Below are positions 57,305-64,000 of a stretch of 64,000 nucleotides of DNA, piece after piece. Within the stretch, counting starts at the first letter, position 1; each line of letters opens with the position of its first letter. Source of the DNA: Methanolobus sp. (GTDB lineage Archaea > Halobacteriota > Methanosarcinia > Methanosarcinales > Methanosarcinaceae); contig NZ_JADQBY010000003.1 in NCBI RefSeq assembly GCF_016278385.1, positions 641-64,640 on the forward strand, written 5' to 3'. The notes beneath the pieces were generated by a model, which was not told the DNA's origin, made no database searches, and saw only the letters and a program-made list of their open reading frames with translations. A program made the position numbers and the translations under genes.

Positions 57305-57587
57305 AGGATGTATATTTAGTTAGTACACCCATATAAAATTTACTTAAAAGTGAAAACTGAGAGCAAATTAAGTGTTATCAAGCAATTAAAGCACATATAA
57401 GGCTTAAATAGTGACATGAGCAGCAAAATTTAAGAGTCCATGCGATAACGTTATATGCACAAGCTGCATATATGTAAATGCATGTTTGACTAAAAAACGA
57501 CAGGTTTTATGATTTATATTGAGACATCCTATAAATAATTAGAACCAATGACCGCCTGCACCCTTAAAAACAAAATAGTGGAGATGA

Positions 57588-57995
57588 ATGTTAGTGTTAA
57601 AACGAAAATATATCGTTGTGCTGGCTGTTCTGATTCTTGGACTCGTAGTATCAGGATGTGCTGATAATACAAACCAGGAAATTGTGACAGACCAGGAAAT
57701 TGCGACAGACCAGGAAATTGTGACAGCATCCGAAGAACCAGTTGTGATACAGGAACTAGAAGACGATACAACCGTTACTGAGGATTCCCTTAACAATGAA
57801 ACAGTGGGGGTTACTAACCCAGATAACCAATACATTGAAGATATCAATGAAGTGGAAGAAATAGAGAATGAGATCAACAGTGAAGACGAGCTGATCGATC
57901 AAACAGACATTGATGATGAGCTGAATGATGAATCAAGCAGTGAAGATGAACTGACAAATGAATCGGACAGTGAAGAGGTTGAACTCTTATATTAA
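57588..57995 (+). CDS. small acidic lipobox protein, family copy 1
   Basis: KRKYIVVLAVLILGLVVSGC followed by a highly acidic tail. It contains the QEIVTD x3 repeat. The start may be the GTG at 57594, by alignment with copy 2. Confidence 0.65.
   Translation: MLVLKRKYIVVLAVLILGLVVSGCADNTNQEIVTDQEIATDQEIVTASEEPVVIQELEDDTTVTEDSLNNETVGVTNPDNQYIEDINEVEEIENEINSEDELIDQTDIDDELNDESSSEDELTNESDSEEVELLY
57675..57728 (+). repeat. 18-bp tandem repeat x3 inside the coding sequence
   Basis: CAGGAAATTGTGACAGAC / CAGGAAATTGCGACAGAC / CAGGAAATTGTGACAGCA. Confidence 0.9.
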
Positions 57996-57999
57996 AGAG

Positions 58000-58028
58000 A
58001 TATGAATGGTTGTCATTCATATTTTTTT
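58000..58028 (+). terminator. hairpin plus T7 (family-conserved)
   Basis: ATATGAATG-gttgt-CATTCATAT followed by TTTTTTT. Confidence 0.6.
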
Positions 58029-58362
58029 CTTTTTTCTAGATTTTTGTGCACCCACAAAGATATATGGAAATTATATAATATACACTCATCGTTTATTTAG
58101 TGGAACGTTAAATGTTTGATTAACTATGTGATACTCATTGTTAATTATTAATTAAAAAATGCCACAGCAATAAATAGCTTATAGGGAAAAATAAACGATG
58201 ATAAAAGGTTATCAAGTAATTAAAGCAACAATAATGTCTGAATTCCATAAAAGGTTGCTTCATATTTAAATAAAATAAAGTATATATATATACTCCCTGA
58301 CAATCGCATAATTGCAGGTGCAATTGCCATAAAATCAAACTTAATAATCATGTTCTTGTTGA

Positions 58363-58948
58363 GCAGGCGAATACCAGAAACAGGCTGAGAATTCATGCAC
58401 CAACGGCAATGAAAATGGTGAGACATTCAGATACATAAAACGGTCAGGACAGAGTATCAGACAGACTAATACCATACTTGAAGAAATGTTCAGGGAGCTA
58501 AAGTAGTACCGTGAAGGACTTGTAACCCTTGACGGACAAGGAACATTTACAGCTAAAGGAGATGGAATTGCAGTCGTCTCCGGAGAATTCACTATGAGCT
58601 TTACTGCAAGTAATGCAACACTTGTGATCAAGGATATGGAAGGAGATGCACAAGTAAACACTGAAGGTGCAAAATACGAATGTTCAAATGCAAAGACAGG
58701 AAACAGTGACGTGGATAACCGTGCATTCGTCTACCACAATCTTACAGGAGATGTCACTATTGAAGGAAAACGCCTTCTGTTACACTGCATGGAACGGATA
58801 TATCCCTTGATCTCGATAGAACAGGTAATGTAGTGCTTAACGGTGATGGAACCTACGAAGTAAACTATGAGGAAAACACATGGCAGCACCTGATGTAGAC
58901 GACAATGAGATAGAAGAAGTTGTCTCTGAAAATGAGACTAAAATTTAA
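58363..58948 (+). pseudogene. 5'-truncated, frameshifted paralog of the 61194-62705 secreted acidic protein
   Basis: YQKQAENSCTNGNENGETFRYIKRSGQSIRQTNTILEEMFRELK*YREGLVTLDGQGTF...DNRAFVYHNLTGDVTIEGKRL aligns to residues ~265-460 of the intact copy. In-frame TAG at 58504, and two frameshifts near 58775 and 58890. Confidence 0.75.
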
Positions 58949-59015
58949 TTGAAATATTATATTAACATATAACATCACTGTAACTACACCAAAAAATATG
59001 AGGAGATGAATATTA

Positions 59016-59303
59016 GTGTTTAAACGAAAATACCTAGTAGTACTGGGAATCCTTGTCCTTGGGCTTGTAGTGTCAGGATGTACTGACAACGCACCTCAGG
59101 AAACTGAAGCTATACCAGAGGATTTAGCCGTAGTACAGGAATTAGAAGACGATAATACATCCATTGCAGATGAAACACTTAGCGATGAAATGGTTGGAAT
59201 CACGGATACAGAGATCCAGGATATTGAAGAAGAAGTAAGTGAACTTGAAGAGTTTATCAATGACACGGACAGTGAAGACGAAATTGTTGTTGAAGAAATA
59301 TGA
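59016..59303 (+). CDS. small acidic lipobox protein, family copy 2
   Basis: FKRKYLVVLGILVLGLVVSGC...DEMVGITDTEIQDIEEE...DEIVVEEI. GTG start with GGAGATGA upstream. Confidence 0.65.
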   Translation: MFKRKYLVVLGILVLGLVVSGCTDNAPQETEAIPEDLAVVQELEDDNTSIADETLSDEMVGITDTEIQDIEEEVSELEEFINDTDSEDEIVVEEI

Positions 59304-59326
59304 ATGACCTTCTTTCATATTTTTTA
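59297..59326 (+). terminator. hairpin plus T-tract overlapping the stop codon (family-conserved)
   Basis: AAATATGAA-(9 nt)-TTCATATTT running into TTTT. Confidence 0.5.
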
Positions 59327-59502
59327 CTTCCTTTTTGTATTTTCGGATTTTGTTAACACTTATGTATTTTGACATCTTTGTGCTTTTTTACTCTTTTTAG
59401 TGGTTTGAAATTTAGCAGAATAAATCAATTAATCAATCAATAGAGATTTCTACAAAATAATACCGGAATAAAATATTAGTACACAGTGAGCAATCAATAT
59501 AT

Positions 59503-60075
59503 ATGGATGATAAGCTCTTGATTCTGGATCTTGATGAAACACTGATACATTCAAGAGCTACCAGACTGGCGTATCAACATGATTTTCAATGCTCGGATTA
59601 TTATGTATATAAGCGTCCATATCTGGATGAGTTCTTGAGTTTCATAGCTTCATCATTTGAAATAGCAATTTGGACCTCCGCAAATTCAGAATATGCAAAA
59701 TGTATTATTTCGAATATTTTTCCAGCAAACTACCCAATAACGTTCATCTGGTCCAGGGAAAGATGTACTCCATTGTATTTTCATCCTTCAGAAAGTATTG
59801 ATATGGATTCTCATATTTACATAAAGGACTTGAAGAAAATTAAAAACCGAGGCTATGACCTGACCAGAGTACTGGTAATAGATGATTCTCCTAAGCAATT
59901 ACAGCGCAGTTATGGCAATCTGGTTCCTGTTAATCCATTTTTGGGAGACAGAGATGATGACGACTTAGAACTTCTTAAAACATACCTTACCTTTCTAAAT
60001 GAGTCTGATGATGTAAGGGTTATTGAGAAACGAGGATGGCAAAGTTCCTTCAGAAAAGAATTGTCCAGATATTAA
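59503..60075 (+). CDS. FCP1/SCP-type (NIF family) HAD phosphatase
   Basis: LILDLDETLIHS (DxDxT). VYKRPYLDEFLSFIASSFEIAIWTSANSEYA. YIKDLKKI...DLTRVLVIDDSP. LVPVNPFLGDRDDDDLELLKTYL. It is collinear with the CTD small-phosphatase catalytic domain. Confidence 0.75.
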   Translation: MDDKLLILDLDETLIHSRATRLAYQHDFQCSDYYVYKRPYLDEFLSFIASSFEIAIWTSANSEYAKCIISNIFPANYPITFIWSRERCTPLYFHPSESIDMDSHIYIKDLKKIKNRGYDLTRVLVIDDSPKQLQRSYGNLVPVNPFLGDRDDDDLELLKTYLTFLNESDDVRVIEKRGWQSSFRKELSRY

Positions 60076-60534
60076 TTCTAGTTACCAGTTATTGTTTAGT
60101 TATCTGAACTTATTCAAATTATGATCATAGAAATCCTGATTTCACTATTAGCAGGTGCTATCTTTGCTTATAGGATATTATTGAAATTTGTAGATAATAT
60201 ATATCATTATAATGTATTCATATTCTGCTTAAAGGAGGAGTACAGTCTTAAATTATACACATGTTATATTTTTATAGTTACCAACTAAAAGACTAAAACA
60301 TATTTGTATAAAATCACATCTAAAGCATCATAAAGTATTATCAAGTAAAAAAAACAATTATATGTCGTCTTTTTCATGTAAAGCATTCCGAAAGTTTGTA
60401 TGAAGTAAAGTATGTTTATATCCGACTCTGCAAATCTGGAATATGTAAGCGGAAGTTCAAATTGGTTTTATCCTAGCAACCTCTTGAACTGCCACTTACA
60501 TCAAAAACGGGAAAATAATGCAGAGGTAAATAAA

Positions 60535-60801
60535 ATGAAAATAAGAACATTGACATTGGTTGCTCTGGCAATCATGATGGTAAGCATGTTTACTGTGACC
60601 GCTATGGCTAAAGATCAGCTTAAAACCCAGGATCAGTTGAAAGATGGAACATGCCTGGACTCAACAACTTTTGTAGATGCTGACGGTAACGGCGTATGCG
60701 ACAACTACGCAGATGCAATCTGCGATGGCAGCAACTGCAAGGGAACTGGCGACCGTGACGGAAACCAGGACAGAGCAAGAGACGGTTCATGCCAGGCATA
60801 A
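60535..60801 (+). CDS. small secreted Cys/Asp-rich protein
   Basis: The internal ATG gives MKIRTLTLVALAIMMVSMFTVTAMA (signal peptide), then ...CLDSTTFVDADGNGVCDNYADAICDGSNCKGTGDRDGNQDRARDGSC. The ORF-track start at 60412 adds an implausible leader. Confidence 0.55.
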   Translation: MKIRTLTLVALAIMMVSMFTVTAMAKDQLKTQDQLKDGTCLDSTTFVDADGNGVCDNYADAICDGSNCKGTGDRDGNQDRARDGSCQA

Positions 60802-61030
60802 ACTAATTTAAATGGAGTATGAGTGGGGAATAAATATCAATGTACCGATGTGCCTGACTTTACACTAAAAGAACAAAATAGTCCGGGCATCGGTCTGACA
60901 TCACAGCATCTGAAGTCACAGAAATAGAGAACAGTATCTGTGATAGAAGCAACTGACGGGGAGATAGAAATTGTGATGCAGAAAAACTAAAGAGATGAAT
61001 CCAGTCAGGATTTAACGTGGGGATAAAAAT

Positions 61031-61077
61031 AAACCCGAAAGGGTTTCGAAAAACGGAAATCCGGCTGTAAGCCGGAT
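61031..61077 (+). other. two adjacent perfect hairpins in a long intergenic region
   Basis: AAACCC-GAAA-GGGTTT (61031-61046) and ATCCGGCT-gta-AGCCGGAT (61059-61077). An 11-bp tandem ATAACTAAATC x2 follows at about 61090-61111. Confidence 0.5.
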
Positions 61078-61193
61078 CAATTTACTTATAACTAAATCAT
61101 AACTAAATCATAATCTTTATCAGATTCATTTATTATACTACTAAGTAAGAGATTTACAAATAAACAGAGATATTGGAATTGGAGGGTTGTACT

Positions 61194-62705
61194 ATGAAAA
61201 AACAAGGTTTGAGGATATTTGCATATTTTGCCGTGGTGCTGATGCTGGTAAGCATTCTTCCGGCAGGGGCACTTGCAGCATCAGATAATGGACAGAACAG
61301 CGACAATGGAATGTCAGAAGACAATGGTCGGGACAACAGTAATGCTGACGACAACAGTGCTGACGACTCAGATAATACAGAAGAAGATAATGAGCCGCCT
61401 GGTATCCAGCAACATGACAGGGACCGGGATATGGTAAATGCAAATGAAGATGCAACAAGAGAAATGGCAGCTAACAAGGAAATAAATAAAGCAGAACATA
61501 TCAAGGAATCAAAAGCAGGCTACCAGTCAGCAAAGAACAATTTTGCCAGCATAAAATCCAAGAATCCAAACCTTGATACTGAAGAAGCTATTGAAGCTAC
61601 CAAGGAATACCTTGTGGGTTCCATTGATTACATGACCTCACTCCTTGAAGATGATGAATATATCATTGAACTTGAAGATGAAAGGGAGAATGTAAAAGCT
61701 GCAACCACAAGACAGGAACTTGCAGATTCTGCAAAGAACATCAGAAATATATGGAATGATGCCCGCAAAGATCGCGTTATGTCTGCAGGAAAAACAATTG
61801 ACAACAAGATCAATGCTGTTGTTAAAACATCTGAATCCCTTATAGTGCGCCTTGAGAATGAAATTGCCACCATGAAAGAAAATGGTGAAGATGTGGAAGA
61901 CCTTGAAGCCATGCTTGAGGAATATAAGGAATATATTGCTGATGCAAAGGAAAATCAGGAGCAGGCAAGAAATACCTATATGAATGGAAATGGCAACTAT
62001 GGTGAAAATGTCCGCGAAGCCAACAGATATGTGGCCCAGGCTGGCAAGGATATCAGGGATTCCAACGCAATCCTCAGGAACATGCTCCAGGAACTAAAGG
62101 AGCAGAGAGAAGGAGTTATTGTACTCAGCGGTGAAGGCACACTTGAAGCAACCGGAAATGGCACAGTTGTGATTTCCGGCGATGTTGTAATAGATCTTAC
62201 TGTAACAGACGCAAAGCTTGTTGTTAAGGATCTTGCAGGTGATGCAGTGATAAATGTTGATGATGCGGAATATGAAACATCAAACATCGATTCAGGCAAC
62301 AGCACAGACAATAACAGAGCATTTGTTTACCACAATATCACAGGGGATGTGACTATTGAAGGAAGCCGCCTTACCGTCATGATCCGCGGAGACGATATAG
62401 ACCTAACAGCTGAGGGAACCGGTACTGCGGTACTTGCAGGTACAGGCTCCTATACAGTTGATGGAGAATCAGGTGACTGGGCAAGCCGTTACGTTGATGA
62501 TTCATCAGAGAACGAGGATGAATCAGAGAACGAAATAGAAGAGGAAACAGAGGACGAGGTAGAAACAACCGGTGACGATGGAACTGAGGAGGAGTCAGAC
62601 GAAAGTTCTGAAGAAGATATCTCCGAAGAGGAAAGCACATCCGAAAATGATGAAGAAGACACCTCTGGAGACGATGTAGAAGATGAGAATGAAACCACAG
62701 TCTGA
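61194..62705 (+). CDS. large secreted acidic protein (signal peptide, helical region, beta-rich module, poly-acidic tail)
   Basis: GGAGGG lies 7 nt before the ATG at 61194. MKKQGLRIFAYFAVVLMLVSILPAGALA. Charged helical middle region. VVISGDVVIDLTVTDAKLVVKDLAGDA...DNNRAFVYHNITGDVTIEGSRL. E/D-rich C-terminus. Confidence 0.7.
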   Translation: MKKQGLRIFAYFAVVLMLVSILPAGALAASDNGQNSDNGMSEDNGRDNSNADDNSADDSDNTEEDNEPPGIQQHDRDRDMVNANEDATREMAANKEINKAEHIKESKAGYQSAKNNFASIKSKNPNLDTEEAIEATKEYLVGSIDYMTSLLEDDEYIIELEDERENVKAATTRQELADSAKNIRNIWNDARKDRVMSAGKTIDNKINAVVKTSESLIVRLENEIATMKENGEDVEDLEAMLEEYKEYIADAKENQEQARNTYMNGNGNYGENVREANRYVAQAGKDIRDSNAILRNMLQELKEQREGVIVLSGEGTLEATGNGTVVISGDVVIDLTVTDAKLVVKDLAGDAVINVDDAEYETSNIDSGNSTDNNRAFVYHNITGDVTIEGSRLTVMIRGDDIDLTAEGTGTAVLAGTGSYTVDGESGDWASRYVDDSSENEDESENEIEEETEDEVETTGDDGTEEESDESSEEDISEEESTSENDEEDTSGDDVEDENETTV

Positions 62706-62735
62706 GAGAGAATACGATATAGGAGTTGATATGGA

Positions 62736-63002
62736 ATGACCAGATTAAGAAATATCGCCATCATCGCTGTTCTTGTCTTCGGTGTTGTGATTTCAGGATG
62801 TGCCGATAAAGGAACCACTGAAGAGGAAGCAGCAACAATCGATGCAAGCCAGGAATTAAGTATTGCGGATGAAGTTCTGAATGAAGAAATGGTTGGCGTT
62901 ACAGACACTGAGATCCAGGATCTTGAAGCTGAACTTGCAGAGCTTGAAGCACTCATCAATGAAATGGGACTTGAAGAAGACATTATTGTTGAAGAAATAT
63001 GA
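62736..63002 (+). CDS. small acidic lipobox protein, family copy 3
   Basis: IAIIAVLVFGVVISGC...EEMVGVTDTEIQDLEAE...EDIIVEEI. It starts 30 nt after the large acidic protein. Confidence 0.65.
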   Translation: MTRLRNIAIIAVLVFGVVISGCADKGTTEEEAATIDASQELSIADEVLNEEMVGVTDTEIQDLEAELAELEALINEMGLEEDIIVEEI

Positions 63003-63027
63003 ATGAATAACATTCATATTCTTTTTT
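62996..63027 (+). terminator. hairpin plus T-tract overlapping the stop codon (family-conserved)
   Basis: AATATGAATG-aataa-CATTCATATT followed by CTTTTTTC. Confidence 0.6.
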
Positions 63028-63170
63028 CTTTTGATTTATGCAGAAATATTGCATGAATGCACATGCATCCTTTTAATGTTAATTTGCAGGAAACTTGTAA
63101 TTTGAACCAGATATCAGGTCCATGATTAAAATGGTTTTGTAGTTTTAAAAAAAGAAAAAAGGTAAGGACT

Positions 63171-64000
63171 TTAAAGTCCTCCTTCGCCCTTCTGTTTCTG
63201 AATTAACACATAACCAATACCTGTTATAGCTGCAATACCAAGTATCAGGTAGATGAATCCGAAACCACTCTCTTCTTCAACAGGCATTTCCTCTTCTTCA
63301 ACAGGAACTGGTGAGCCTGCAGGAACCTGTGATGTTTCAATTGGAGTTCCAAGCTGGTCACCTACAACCTCAAAGATGGAGAATCCAGGGGTTTCAGCAT
63401 AGAAGTAAATGTACTCATCATCTTCACTTTCCTGATATGTTGGCAGGTCATTCCAATGCTCATCATGATACCTTGTCATGCGGATAGTGGAGACATCGAT
63501 GTTGTTTTCTTCTATCCATTGCCTGCTCACCTTGAAGTGAATCCTGAGATTTTCAGCATTGTCAGAAGAGATAGTACCTTCATTTCCAACATCAATGCTC
63601 ATCACCTGATAGCAATTACCCGATTGAGCAGGAACACCTTCAGATACATCTGAAAGTACCTGTACCCTGGCAACAACAAGACCTTCATCGTCCTTTGCGT
63701 CAAAGCTTACACCAATAACAGGAATACCACTATCTGAGAAATCATAGTAAACTTCTGAACCACCAGTGACACGTATTACAGATGAGGCAGAGTTTGAAAC
63801 GATCTCCTGGTTCTGACCCTGACTGACTGATGCACGGGAGCCGGAACTGCTTGACCTTGAACTATCCGTACTTGGTGCTGTTGTTACGGTTATGGTCATA
63901 TTACTGCTTAGATTGCTTCCGGCAAGATTACTTGCATTCAGGCTTACGTTATAGATTCCTGTGACACTGTAGGTGTGAGTGGGGTTCTGCTGAGTTGAAT
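63171..64000 (-). CDS. surface protein with PKD domain, PGF-pre-PGF domain and a PGF-CTERM-like anchor, 5' partial
   Basis: The frame stays open upstream of the ATG at 63899 to the window edge (…NPTHTYSVTGIYNVSLNASNLAGSN, PKD-like). ...RYHDEHWNDLPT...YIYFYAETPGFSIFEVVG (PGF-pre-PGF). C-terminal SGFGFIYLILGIAAITGIGYVLIQKQK. Confidence 0.7.
   Translation of the reverse strand, partial: STQQNPTHTYSVTGIYNVSLNASNLAGSNLSSNMTITVTTAPSTDSSRSSSSGSRASVSQGQNQEIVSNSASSVIRVTGGSEVYYDFSDSGIPVIGVSFDAKDDEGLVVARVQVLSDVSEGVPAQSGNCYQVMSIDVGNEGTISSDNAENLRIHFKVSRQWIEENNIDVSTIRMTRYHDEHWNDLPTYQESEDDEYIYFYAETPGFSIFEVVGDQLGTPIETSQVPAGSPVPVEEEEMPVEEESGFGFIYLILGIAAITGIGYVLIQKQKGEGGL

Noticed and set aside
57675-57728. 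Possible CRISPR or regulatory repeat array
   Set aside because: There are only three contiguous 18-bp units with no spacers, lying in frame inside a CDS (QEIVTD x3). No CRISPR-like repeat-spacer array was seen anywhere in the window.
58504-58506. In-frame TAG as pyrrolysine (also the TAG at 52831-52833 in the IS1 transposase)
   Set aside because: Both genes carry additional frameshifts, and the IS carries an in-frame TGA as well. Decay is therefore the simpler explanation, and no PYLIS-like context was examined or evident.
60121-60290. ~55-aa hydrophobic ORF downstream of the NIF phosphatase
   Set aside because: It lies in AT-rich spacer. The translation is dominated by I/L/F/Y codons expected from the base composition, and there is no ribosome-binding site.

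Overview
AT-rich archaeal chromosome segment. It looks like a Methanosarcinales-type methanogen, inferred from a two-domain DUF1608-type S-layer protein, membrane LonB, archaeal-type PEP carboxylase, a PGF-pre-PGF surface protein and HisKA_2 kinases. Layout: (1) 1-14.6 kb holds a + strand alpha-glucan/glycogen island. It has one GT3-like and two GT-B synthase-like glycosyltransferases, a GalT-type HIT enzyme, two tandem GH57, GH15 glucoamylase, a debranching enzyme and a V4R protein, with CorA-DUF432-MscS embedded. (2) 15-21.6 kb holds the S-layer gene, an orphan MotA/ExbB-DUF2149 pair, small proteins and a MATE exporter. (3) 22,049-34,162 is a ~12.1 kb integrated element. It is bounded by a perfect 15-bp direct repeat equal to the 3' end of tRNA-Gly(GCC). 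It carries a tyrosine integrase, a low-GC minus-strand accessory module (DUF4258/DUF2283 pair, 251-aa Zn-ribbon protein, RHH regulator) and a GC-richer, tightly overlapping + strand operon. That operon has a PrimPol-helicase replication protein and many sub-60-aa RHH/Zn-ribbon ORFs missing from the ORF track. No capsid or terminase is recognisable. (4) 34.15-34.45 kb is a tRNA-Val/Phe/Gly cluster on the minus strand. (5) 35-51.8 kb is housekeeping: LonB, TldD/PmbA, sensor kinase plus a frameshifted response regulator, MFS, DNA ligase, homoserine dehydrogenase, archaeal PEPC coupled to a stand-alone CarA N-domain protein, and PurE. (6) 51.9-52.9 kb holds a decayed TrkA-N fragment abutting a decayed IS1-family element. 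(7) 53-56.2 kb holds a CPA2 antiporter, a wHTH regulator and PurC. (8) 56.5-64 kb is a cell-surface region. It has a repeated cassette (large secreted acidic protein plus small lipobox acidic protein plus conserved terminator hairpin) in three states of preservation, a eukaryote-like FCP1/NIF phosphatase, and a PKD/PGF-pre-PGF protein running off the window. No rRNA and no CRISPR array were seen. All family assignments rest on motif recognition by eye and need profile searches.
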